Assembly: GCA_964250945.1 (NCBI GenBank)
Contig: CAXUIB010000001.1
Coordinates: 264 to 64,263 of the forward strand
Direction of reading: 5' to 3'
Origin: an uncultured Acidobacteriaceae bacterium
GTDB taxonomy: Bacteria; Acidobacteriota; Terriglobia; Terriglobales; Acidobacteriaceae
Length of the DNA stretch: 64,000 nt
The translations under genes and the position numbers were made by a program. This document shows, piece after piece, positions 1 to 8,346 of the stretch (position 1 is the stretch's first letter; the number at the start of each line of letters is the position of its first letter). The notes under the pieces were generated by a model that had not been told where the DNA came from, did not search any database, and worked only from the letters and a program-made list of their open reading frames with translations.

Positions 1-591
1 GACGCCGGGGTTGCGTTGCTGGACGTCCGACAGGAGGCACTCTTCGGTGGTGATGAGGGTGCCTTGGCCGTCGGTGTCGACGGATCCGCCTTCGAGGACG
101 AGGCGCTGGCGGGCGCCGTCGGCGAGCGTCGCTTCGGGCTGGAACGAGCGCATGGCGTAGAGCTCGGCGACCCGCTGTGGGATGAGGTCGTCGTTGAGGT
201 GGTTGGGGTACTTGGCCCAGCCGTTGAAGCGCCAATCGGTGAGTGCGACTTCGGCGTCTGGGCTTTGGTTTTCTGTCTTGACGAAGATGGGGCCGGAGTC
301 GCGCAGCCAGACGCGATCGGTGCGCCAATGGTGGAAGTGGAGGCGAGCCAGGTTGGCTCCCTGGCGGCGGAGCATGCCGGTGGCGCGCTGCTCGGTGGCG
401 AGGTCGTTGACGAGGATGTGGACGTCTTCGACGCGGGAGAGATGGCGGACGATCTCGCAGTAAACCCAGGGGATAGGCTGAAATTTTCCGGGCCAGTCGG
501 CGCGGTTCTGCGGCCAGGCGATCCAGGTAGCGGCGTGCGTGGACCACTCGGCCGGCATACGGAACCTTTGCTGGACGGTGCTTGTGGTCAC
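1..591 (-). CDS. Agmatine deiminase / peptidylarginine deiminase family protein (3' end runs off the window)
   Basis: Manual translation of the minus strand from GTG at 591 gives MTTSTVQQRFRMPAEWSTHAATWIAWPQNRADWPGKFQPIPWVY, with the MPAEW..H..TW.AWP signature; GGAG upstream. Absent from the ORF track because no stop lies in the window. Confidence 0.85.
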   Translation of the reverse strand, partial: MTTSTVQQRFRMPAEWSTHAATWIAWPQNRADWPGKFQPIPWVYCEIVRHLSRVEDVHILVNDLATEQRATGMLRRQGANLARLHFHHWRTDRVWLRDSGPIFVKTENQSPDAEVALTDWRFNGWAKYPNHLNDDLIPQRVAELYAMRSFQPEATLADGARQRLVLEGGSVDTDGQGTLITTEECLLSDVQQRNPGV

Positions 592-707
592 GGCTCCGGG
601 GTCTCCTCGATTTAGTGTAGATGGGCGCCGATCCAGTGTAGATGGGCGGCTGAGGTATCGCCCCGATCTGGCTGCCGGTGGGTGCTGTGATCGTTTCCGC
701 GAAGGCT

Positions 708-716
708 TGCTAGAAT
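708..716 (+). promoter_or_regulatory. Extended -10 element (TGcTAGAAT) for the tRNA
   Basis: TGn-TAGAAT ends 8 nt before the tRNA 5' end. Confidence 0.5.
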
Positions 717-724
717 AGCAGAGC

Positions 725-811
725 GCCGGGATGGCGGAACTGGCAGACGCAGCGGACTCAAAATCCGCCGAGGGCAACCTCGTGGGGGTTCGACCCCCCC
801 TCCCGGCACCA
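725..811 (+). tRNA. tRNA-Leu(CAA)
   Basis: GCCGGGA/TCCCGGC acceptor stem, anticodon arm GCGGA-CTCAAAA-TCCGC, long variable arm, GGTTCGA T-loop, encoded CCA. Confidence 0.97.
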
Positions 812-824
812 TCGTGTAGATGCT

Positions 825-2501
825 TTAGGGGCGACCTGCCTGGCGTAACTCTTCCGCCAGCAGAATGGCCTCGGCGATCTCGCGCATGGGCCGCCGCCTT
901 TGGCGACTTTCGCGTTGCATGGTCCGGTAGGCTTCGTCTTCGCTGATCTTCAGATCCCGGAGCAGTACACCTTTGGCCCGGTCGACCAGCTTGCGGTCTT
1001 CGAGACGTTGCATCAGCGCGGAATTTTCCGTTTCCAGCCGAGCGCGCTCCATCTCCGCTCCCACAAGCGTACCGATGGTTGAAAGCAGCCGCCGACCGAG
1101 TTCCGTGTGGTCGTACCGCTCGCGATGCTGGAGGTTCAGCACACCCACGACGCGGTTTGCGCAAAGGATGGGCACGGACAGCATTGCCTCGAAGCGATCC
1201 TCCGGCAGATTCACGAAGGCGCTGAAGCGCGGGTCCTCGGAGGCGCGGTCGGAGATGGCCACCGCTTCCCGATGCTCGGCCACCCATCCCGTCACGCCTT
1301 CCCCGACCGAGATCTTCAACCGGTCCACGACATCCTCGTGGGGGTTTTTGGAGGCGCGCAGCACCAACTCGTCCCCTTCCACCGTGTACAGGAAGCAGGA
1401 GTCGCAGGGAAAGACGGTCGATACGAACTGAACGATGCGTCCCAGCACAACGTGCAACGGATCGGTCGTGGTGATGCGGCTCGATACCTCCTCGAGGATG
1501 TCCAGCGGCCCCAGGCCATCCAGAAACCCTGCCATCGTCGGCGTGGAAGGAGCGACCTGCGCGACACCGCGCGGGGAAGCGGCCCCGATCGCCGGCGCCG
1601 ATCGGTCCGCACTGTCTGGAGGGAGCGGCGCCGGCGGCAGATCGACCGTCGGCGCCAACGTACGCTTGGCCGCGAGCACCTTTCCCGCATACTGCGCAGC
1701 CTCATTGATCATGAAGCCCATTTTGGGGCGGGAAGGTTCGAAGTCCGGCGAGACGTCGTAATGTTGCAGCTCCTCGGTGGTGGTTGGACCGACCGATACC
1801 ACTACCCGTGTCGCCAGAGCGCGCCGGAGATTGTCGGCGAGTCCCATTTCTGCGGCGATTTGGAACAGGTGAATGACTTGCACGGCGGTCATGAACAGAA
1901 CGACGTCTACCGCGCCCTGAGTGACAGCCAGCACACTCTCGCGCAGCGGCTGCAAGTCGAGCGGCAGGCCCCACTGATACACCGGCACCCTGGTGACCTG
2001 GGCGCAGCGCGTGACCAGCTCGGCGAGCAACTCCGGATTGGAAGCTCCGTACTCCTGGACAGCAAAACGCGTCTCGGGCAGGCGGTCTTGGAAGCTCGCA
2101 TCGAGCGTTTGGATCACCTCTCGCCAGGTTGCCGGCTCCGGCGCCACAGCGCTGACCGGCACCTCCAACTCGCGCAGCACGGCGCCGGGCTTTACGCCAC
2201 GCGCCACCACGGTTGTGCGCCGGAGCGCCTCAACCACGGCGTCGCGGGGGATCTCGGTTTCGAGGATGCTCATCATCGAGCGCACCCCAACCCCGGTCAT
2301 AAACAGCACCATGTCGAACTCGCCCGCCACGAGCCGCCGCCCAAACTGGAGGCATGCGGCATTGGACGACAACGGCAGCTCGCGCATGGCCGGCACCACG
2401 GAGGGTTCGCCGTTGTAGGTGCGAATCAGCTTTTCTACCTCGCGGGCACGACGCGCCTCCAGCGACAACACGCGGAGTCCATCGAAGCTCGGATGCGGCA
2501 T
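825..2501 (-). CDS. HemD (uroporphyrinogen-III synthase-like)-GAF-ANTAR fusion regulator
   Basis: N-terminal HemD-like motifs (LFMTGVGV, ARGVKP, VPVYQW, SVGPTT), Pro/Ala linker, GAF (GEGVTGWVA, EDPRF, LSVPI...VGVLN), C-terminal ANTAR (RKLVDRAKGVL...SEDEAY..MQRESRQRRRPMREIAEAI). Start taken at ATG 2501; ORF track extends to 2543. Confidence 0.85.
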   Translation of the reverse strand: MPHPSFDGLRVLSLEARRAREVEKLIRTYNGEPSVVPAMRELPLSSNAACLQFGRRLVAGEFDMVLFMTGVGVRSMMSILETEIPRDAVVEALRRTTVVARGVKPGAVLRELEVPVSAVAPEPATWREVIQTLDASFQDRLPETRFAVQEYGASNPELLAELVTRCAQVTRVPVYQWGLPLDLQPLRESVLAVTQGAVDVVLFMTAVQVIHLFQIAAEMGLADNLRRALATRVVVSVGPTTTEELQHYDVSPDFEPSRPKMGFMINEAAQYAGKVLAAKRTLAPTVDLPPAPLPPDSADRSAPAIGAASPRGVAQVAPSTPTMAGFLDGLGPLDILEEVSSRITTTDPLHVVLGRIVQFVSTVFPCDSCFLYTVEGDELVLRASKNPHEDVVDRLKISVGEGVTGWVAEHREAVAISDRASEDPRFSAFVNLPEDRFEAMLSVPILCANRVVGVLNLQHRERYDHTELGRRLLSTIGTLVGAEMERARLETENSALMQRLEDRKLVDRAKGVLLRDLKISEDEAYRTMQRESRQRRRPMREIAEAILLAEELRQAGRP

Positions 2502-2581
2502 TCGGGCCGGTCCTTTTCGCTCACTCCCGGGGGGAATCGCCAACTTCCGCGGGGACGTCTCCGACGGGAGAAAGGTGCGTT

Positions 2582-2696
2582 TAGAGCAGATCTCCCGTTT
2601 TTGTGAGTCGGATAGAGTGTGGGAGTGCCGTTTTCATTGGGGAAAACGGCCATAGGGCCTGTGGTTTCGTTATACACCTACAGGAGAGAACCGGTA
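2582..2696 (-). mobile_element. MITE-like element, copy A
   Basis: Reverse complement of copies B/C; TA at both ends, degenerate terminal inverted repeats, internal GCCGTTTTC-N6-GAAAACGGC hairpin. Confidence 0.75.
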
Positions 2697-2754
2697 TGAG
2701 TGAGTTTTTCTATCCTACATCCCGCTCCCCTGAGCGTGAACCGGTTGTGGAGGT

Positions 2755-4251
2755 TTACGGCCTGGGAGCATGGCCGACCGGCTCTGAGAACCTGTAGTTC
2801 AGCTCAAAAAATCCGTACTGCGCCACTCGGTCGCGCGGGTAGATCCCTGCCACCACTGTTTTTCCGAAGGCCCGGCCATAAAAGACGCCCAGCGCCACTT
2901 GCTTGCTCAGTGCGTAATCCGCGCTGACGTCGTACACCGACGAGAAGCTGCCGTGTCCGCCGGCCGGACGTCCGATGTATCCGAAGGCCTTGTTGTCGAA
3001 GGCGCCGCCACCCTGGTACCAAAGGTCCTTCGGTGCGGTGAGCTGGAGGAAGTGCAGGTCTGTTCGTAGATCCAGTTTTTTGGTGGGTGCATCGATCAGC
3101 TGCACGAACTGGTCTTTGGAGTTCATCATGTTGAAAAAGGGAAAGCGCGCGTAAAGACGAGGCGTCGGCAATATCTGAAAGAACGTGTTGTGGACGCCGT
3201 CCGTGTTGTTGTTGTCGCCCGTCGTGCGCAGGGCGCCGCCGCGCAGCCATGGCCGGGTCTTCACCGCCGTCCAGTGGTATCCGCCTTCCACCGCGTATCC
3301 GCCGGAATGCTGGTTTAACAGGCCCCAGGAGCCGTTCTGGAGCACACCCCAGAACAGCAGATCGACGGTATTCTTGCGCACGGGGATCGCCGTCGTCGCG
3401 CTCATGCCATAGGTGCCTATACGGATGTTTTTGTGATCCAGGGCGCGCGCCGCCGCGGTGCGATTGTCCGTTTTGGTCAGCCCCGTCCGGCCATCGTGGT
3501 AGTCGATCGCGAAGCCGCGCACGATCAGCCGCTTGTGCGCCAGGGAGCGCGTGTACGCCAGGTACTGCAGATCCACATTCAATTCGGGATTGGCGTTCAT
3601 GTTGAAGACGCCCTGCACCGCTCGTCCGGCCATGGCCGTGAGGTTCCAGTTCGCCCCGCCTACCTTGCCGTCGATGCCATCGAACGACCTTTGCCCGTTG
3701 GAGAAGCCGAAGTTGCCTATCAGGCGCTGCGCGATGCGATTGGCTTGCAGCCATGCGAGTGTCGGGTTCTCGGGCGTAGTCTCCGCCCCGTCGAAGAACT
3801 CAAAGCGTCCCAGCCGAAGCGTGTTTGCGTCGCGCTTGAAGTGGTACCGCAGATAGCCCTGGCGAAAGGACCCTGCGGCCGGGAACCGGTTGTTGTTGTT
3901 GGCGACGTAATAGTTTGCTCCCAGGCCAAGCTGACCCTGCGCCGCTACCGGGGACACGGCATCGTTGGGCAGAAACCACTCCGAGCTTTGCTCGATTTCA
4001 GCCAGGTAGTCGAAGTGCCTGATCCGCTGCGCAATCCCTAGCCGGAGCAGCGAATCCTGGTGCCCGTAGACCTCGTCGTGGGGCGTCGCCGCAAACCACT
4101 GCGTCGCGTTGGTGCGCTCACGGATCACCGCTGTGATCGTGGGTGGAGTGGACGGTGGAAGAGCAGGCGGCGCCGGGGCCGGGGCAGTTTGCGCAAACGA
4201 TGAGACACTTGGGCCCAAAAGCAGGCACACAAACAAGGTGAAACGGAACAA
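2755..4251 (-). CDS. Alginate export (AlgE-like) family outer-membrane beta-barrel protein
   Basis: TTG start 6 nt after AGGAGG, signal peptide ending SFA-Q, LRLGRFEF, RSFDG, FFQILPTP and alternating beta-strand pattern. The rest of the 1234-aa track ORF is antisense to nirA. Confidence 0.75.
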   Translation of the reverse strand: MFRFTLFVCLLLGPSVSSFAQTAPAPAPPALPPSTPPTITAVIRERTNATQWFAATPHDEVYGHQDSLLRLGIAQRIRHFDYLAEIEQSSEWFLPNDAVSPVAAQGQLGLGANYYVANNNNRFPAAGSFRQGYLRYHFKRDANTLRLGRFEFFDGAETTPENPTLAWLQANRIAQRLIGNFGFSNGQRSFDGIDGKVGGANWNLTAMAGRAVQGVFNMNANPELNVDLQYLAYTRSLAHKRLIVRGFAIDYHDGRTGLTKTDNRTAAARALDHKNIRIGTYGMSATTAIPVRKNTVDLLFWGVLQNGSWGLLNQHSGGYAVEGGYHWTAVKTRPWLRGGALRTTGDNNNTDGVHNTFFQILPTPRLYARFPFFNMMNSKDQFVQLIDAPTKKLDLRTDLHFLQLTAPKDLWYQGGGAFDNKAFGYIGRPAGGHGSFSSVYDVSADYALSKQVALGVFYGRAFGKTVVAGIYPRDRVAQYGFFELNYRFSEPVGHAPRP

Positions 4252-4420
4252 AAGGAGCCTCCTGAAAATATGCAGATGGTGGCCGGACGATGGGACGGCG
4301 GTATGTCTCCGGACCTGGGACCGGTGTACAAACGCGCGCTCTCGTTGCTTGTTTGCATACGTGTAACACAGCTGGGACGAAACCGAAAAATGCACCGCTG
4401 CGAAACGGTCCAGATCCCGC

Positions 4421-4449
4421 TTGCGTCCGGCGCAGAATTGTCCTATATT
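4421..4449 (+). promoter_or_regulatory. Putative sigma70 promoter of the nirA operon
   Basis: TTGCGT-17 nt-TATATT in the divergent intergenic region. Confidence 0.5.
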
Positions 4450-4626
4450 CGGCTTACCGAGAGCCCACCTGCAAGTCACCAGCTCCGGACCCGTTCGGCC
4501 CCATGACGCGCCGGACTCCCTACCGAAAACAAGTTTGTTCAGCTCCGTCGTGGGCTCTTGTTGGACTGCGTTCTGCAGCCGGCCTGCCGCACACACGCAG
4601 CTACCGCTCATGGGAGGCCGTCTCAG

Positions 4627-6441
4627 ATGTCTACGTCGATGTCTACGTCCGATCGGTCGTTTGCGGCCTCCGCGGGGACCTTTTCCGAGCAGCAGAAGCA
4701 ATATCTGCAGGGCTTCTTCGCAGGCGCCATGCAGCGGGCTCCCTTTGCCGGAGATCTCCCAAACGGAACGGTCACCAACGACTCCACCTCCGGCGCCGCC
4801 AATCTCGCTTTCGCCGAGCCCGAAGAGCCCACCTTCTGGGGCACGCCCGTCAGCGAGCTCTGCGCGGAAGAGGTTTGGAAGTACGAGCGCAACCCGCTCG
4901 ACTGCTGGGACGACCTCCTTGCCCACGCCGCCGAAAACAAGGCGCCCGACACCGAGTTCCGCTACCGCTTCAAGTACTTCGGCTTCTTCTATGTCAGCCC
5001 CGCGCAGGACAGCTTTATGCTCCGGATGCGCGTCCCTGGCGGCCTGCTTGAGAGCTATCAACTTCGCGGCATCGCCCGCATGGCCGAGATCTGGGGTCCC
5101 GCGCGGATCGACCTCACCACCCGGGCGAACGTCCAGATCCGCGAAGTACAGCCGAAAAACATTGTGGATGTCCTGAACGCCATCCAGCGCCTCGGCATGC
5201 GCTCGCACGGCTCCGGCGCCGACAACATCCGCAACATCACGGCCTCGCCGATCAGCGGCTACGACCCGCAGGAGCTCATCGACGTCCAGCCTTTCGCCGA
5301 CGCGCTTCAGAACTACATCTCGAACTCGCGCGACATGTTTGGTCTCCCGCGCAAATTCAACATCGCCTTCGACAACGGCGGGCAGATCTCTGCGCTTGCC
5401 GACACCAACGACATCGGCTTCGTGGCGGTCCGCGTCGGGGAAGGCAAATCCGTTCCTCCGGGCGTCTACTTCCGCGTTCTTCTCTGCGGCATCACCGGTC
5501 ACAAGCAGTTTGCCACCGACTGCGGCCTTCTGCTCCGCCCCGACCAACTCGTCGCCGTTGCCGCGGCCATGGTTCGCGTCTTCGCCGAGCACGGAGACCG
5601 AACCGATCGCAAGAAAGCCCGGCTCAAGTACCTGGTTGACCGCTGGGGCGTCGCGAAGTTTCGGGAAGAAACCGAGCGCAAGCTTGCCTTCCCCGTGCTC
5701 CACGTCGACGCCGCCGAGTGCGATCCGCGCGGCTCCATCGACCGCGCCGGCCACCTCGGCGCGCACCCCCAAGCACAGCCGGGCCTCCATTACCTCGGCA
5801 TCTGTGTCCCTGTCGGCTGGCTTCCAGTCGCTCAGGCGCGCGCCCTGGCCGACATCGCCGACCGCTTTGGCTCCGGCGAACTCCGGCTGACTGTGTGGCA
5901 AAACCTGCTCCTCCCCAACATCCCCGGCGATCAACTGGAAGCTGCCAAAGCCGCCGTCCGCGAGGCCGGGCTCGACTACACCGCCGGTCGCGTGCTTTCT
6001 GGCACCGTCGCCTGCACCGGCAACCGCGGTTGCCGCTACGCCGCCACCGACACCAAGGGCCACGCGGTCGAACTCGCCCGGTCGATCGACGCCAGCTTCG
6101 ACGTCACGGAGCCCCTCAACCTCCACGTCACCGGATGTTCCAACTCCTGCGCGCAGCACTATATCGGGGACATCGGCCTGATGGGCGTCAAGGTGGACGG
6201 CGAAGAGGGCTACCAGGTCAACCTCGGCGGCGGCGCCGACGGGGACCAGGGCATCGCCCGCGAGCTCTTCCCGGCCATGAAGTACACCGACGTCAAGCCC
6301 GCGCTCCATCGCCTCTTCGCGCATTTCGACGCAGCGCACAGACCCGACGAAAGCTTTCTCGAGTTCGCCCGCCGCCACTCGGTCGACGATCTGCGCGCGA
6401 TGTGCGCGGCTGAACTCGCAACCGGCAACACCGAAGCGTAG
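4627..6441 (+). CDS. nirA: Siroheme nitrite reductase NirA
   Basis: MLRMRVPGG, LTTRANVQ, DNIRNI, LPRKFNIA, ACTGNRGC and TGCSNSC siroheme/4Fe-4S ligands; GGGAGG before ATG 4627; nitrate cluster context. Confidence 0.88.
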   Translation: MSTSMSTSDRSFAASAGTFSEQQKQYLQGFFAGAMQRAPFAGDLPNGTVTNDSTSGAANLAFAEPEEPTFWGTPVSELCAEEVWKYERNPLDCWDDLLAHAAENKAPDTEFRYRFKYFGFFYVSPAQDSFMLRMRVPGGLLESYQLRGIARMAEIWGPARIDLTTRANVQIREVQPKNIVDVLNAIQRLGMRSHGSGADNIRNITASPISGYDPQELIDVQPFADALQNYISNSRDMFGLPRKFNIAFDNGGQISALADTNDIGFVAVRVGEGKSVPPGVYFRVLLCGITGHKQFATDCGLLLRPDQLVAVAAAMVRVFAEHGDRTDRKKARLKYLVDRWGVAKFREETERKLAFPVLHVDAAECDPRGSIDRAGHLGAHPQAQPGLHYLGICVPVGWLPVAQARALADIADRFGSGELRLTVWQNLLLPNIPGDQLEAAKAAVREAGLDYTAGRVLSGTVACTGNRGCRYAATDTKGHAVELARSIDASFDVTEPLNLHVTGCSNSCAQHYIGDIGLMGVKVDGEEGYQVNLGGGADGDQGIARELFPAMKYTDVKPALHRLFAHFDAAHRPDESFLEFARRHSVDDLRAMCAAELATGNTEA

Positions 6442-6457
6442 GTCCCTGACCACGAGC

Positions 6458-8308
6458 ATGCAGACGGTTCCCTACATTCCGGAGAACGCGCCCTTTTCGC
6501 CCGACCAGCGCGCGTGGCTCAACGGCTTCCTCGCCGGCCTCTTTTCGAACGCCCCCGGGGGCGCTCCTGTCGAGCCCGCCGCAAAACCCATCTCGCTCAA
6601 GTTCGGCGTCTACTTCGCCTCGCAAACCGGCACCGCCGAGCGGCTCGCCAAGAAGATGGTCAAGGAGCTCAAAGCACAGGGCCACACGGCCGAGCTCGCC
6701 TCGATCGAGAAGCTCACTCCCGCCGAACTTGCCAAACAGGAAAACGCCCTCCTGTTTGTCAGCACCTACGGCGAAGGCGACCCGCCGGACACCGCCAAAA
6801 ACTTCCGCGACCAGATCTTCTCGGACAGCGCACCGCAGCTCAAGACTCTGCGCTACTCCGTCTTCTGCCTTGGCGACAAGCACTACGAACATTTCTGCAA
6901 GTTCGGTATCGATCTCGACGAGCGCCTGATGGCCCTTGGCGGCACCCGCTTTATCGACCGCGCCGAGAGTGATGTCGACGTGGACGCTCCCTTTGAAACG
7001 TGGAAGTCCGACCTCAAGCCGCACCTCACGCACAAGCACTCCGAATCCAACGTCGCGTTGCAGGCCGACCACGTCCACCCGCCCGCACAGCCCGAGCTCA
7101 CCCCCGGCGCGTCCAGCAACGGCAACGGCAGCCACCTGAACTACGCCGGTGTATCGAACGCCGCGCTGCACGAGCCCGAGCACGTTCACACCCGCGACAA
7201 CCCGTTCTTCGCGCCGCTGGTCGAACGCCGCCCGCTCACGGCCGACATCAGCTCGAAGCTGACGTTGCATCTCAGTCTCGGCCTCGAGGACTCGGCGCTT
7301 CACTATCAGGCAGGCGACGCCTGCGGCGTCCTTGCCCAGAACGACCCCAGCCTCGTCGACGAGATCATCGCTCACCTGCCCTCGGACGGCGGCGCGATCG
7401 TGAGCCTCCCCAAGCTCGGCGCCACCACCGTGCGCGAGGCCCTCTTGCATCATCTGCAGCCCACCCGCCTTACCCGCAAGATCGTACAGCACTTCGCCGA
7501 AAAGAGCGGCAGCAAGACCCTCCACGCGCTGCTTTCGCCCGAGCAGGCCACGCACCTTGAAACCTACATGTACGACCGCGGCCTCATCGATCTGCTCACC
7601 GAATTCCCCGACACCCTGGCCGACCCTGCCGAACTCGTCGCGATCCTGCCGCGCCTGGCCCCGCGTCTCTACTCGATCAGCTCCAGTCCGGCAGCGCACG
7701 GCCGCGAGGTCCACTGCACGGTCGCCGTGGTGCGATATCGCTCGCACAACCGCGAGCGCGGCGGCATTGCCAGCACCATGCTTGCCGACCGCGTCGACGT
7801 CGGGGAGCGCCTCCCCATCTACATCCAGCCCAACAAGAAGTTCCGTCTGCCCAAGGACCCATCCACGTCGATGATCATGATCGGCCCCGGTACCGGCATC
7901 GCCCCGTTTCGCGCCTTTCTTCACGAGCGGCGGACGCTCGGCCAGACCGGCAAGAACTGGCTCTTCTTCGGCGAACGCAGCTCGCAAACCGACTTTCTCT
8001 ACTGCCAGGAACTGAAGGGGATGCGCGACTCCGGCCATCTCACGCGGCTCGATACCGCTTTCTCCCGCGACCAGGCGCACAAGATCTACGTGCAGGACCG
8101 CATGGTTGAACACGGCGACGAGCTCTACCGATGGCTGGAGGACGGCGCCCAGATCTTTGTCTGCGGCGACGCCAGCCGCATGGCCAAGGACGTCGACGCA
8201 GCCCTGCACACCGTCCTTGAGAAGCACGGCAACCTCGACCCTGAAGCCGCCAAAGACTACGTCTCCGACATGCACGACAACGGCCGCTACCACCGTGACG
8301 TGTACTAG
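6458..8308 (+). CDS. CysJ-like diflavin (FMN/FAD/NADPH) reductase, likely electron donor to NirA
   Basis: ASQTGTAE, STYGEGDPP, RLYSISSS, GPGTGIAPF, FVCGD, C-terminal RYHRDVY. Confidence 0.9.
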   Translation: MQTVPYIPENAPFSPDQRAWLNGFLAGLFSNAPGGAPVEPAAKPISLKFGVYFASQTGTAERLAKKMVKELKAQGHTAELASIEKLTPAELAKQENALLFVSTYGEGDPPDTAKNFRDQIFSDSAPQLKTLRYSVFCLGDKHYEHFCKFGIDLDERLMALGGTRFIDRAESDVDVDAPFETWKSDLKPHLTHKHSESNVALQADHVHPPAQPELTPGASSNGNGSHLNYAGVSNAALHEPEHVHTRDNPFFAPLVERRPLTADISSKLTLHLSLGLEDSALHYQAGDACGVLAQNDPSLVDEIIAHLPSDGGAIVSLPKLGATTVREALLHHLQPTRLTRKIVQHFAEKSGSKTLHALLSPEQATHLETYMYDRGLIDLLTEFPDTLADPAELVAILPRLAPRLYSISSSPAAHGREVHCTVAVVRYRSHNRERGGIASTMLADRVDVGERLPIYIQPNKKFRLPKDPSTSMIMIGPGTGIAPFRAFLHERRTLGQTGKNWLFFGERSSQTDFLYCQELKGMRDSGHLTRLDTAFSRDQAHKIYVQDRMVEHGDELYRWLEDGAQIFVCGDASRMAKDVDAALHTVLEKHGNLDPEAAKDYVSDMHDNGRYHRDVY

Positions 8309-8346
8309 AGCCCACCTGACGCAAACGGACGACCTGGAGATGCACC

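Noticed and set aside
16-615. 199-aa plus-strand ORF
   Set aside because: Antisense shadow of the agmatine deiminase gene.
725-811. tRNA-Leu as an integration site of a genomic island
   Set aside because: No integrase and no duplicated tRNA 3' end found by eye in the window.
4330-4360. AGCAACGAGAGC on the minus strand as an ANTAR hairpin in the porin leader
   Set aside because: Loop is 7 nt rather than 6 and no partner hairpin is visible.
4252-6459. N-terminal ~735 aa of the 1234-aa minus-strand ORF as a giant fusion
   Set aside because: It is the stop-free antisense of nirA; the porin has its own RBS, TTG start and signal peptide at 4251.
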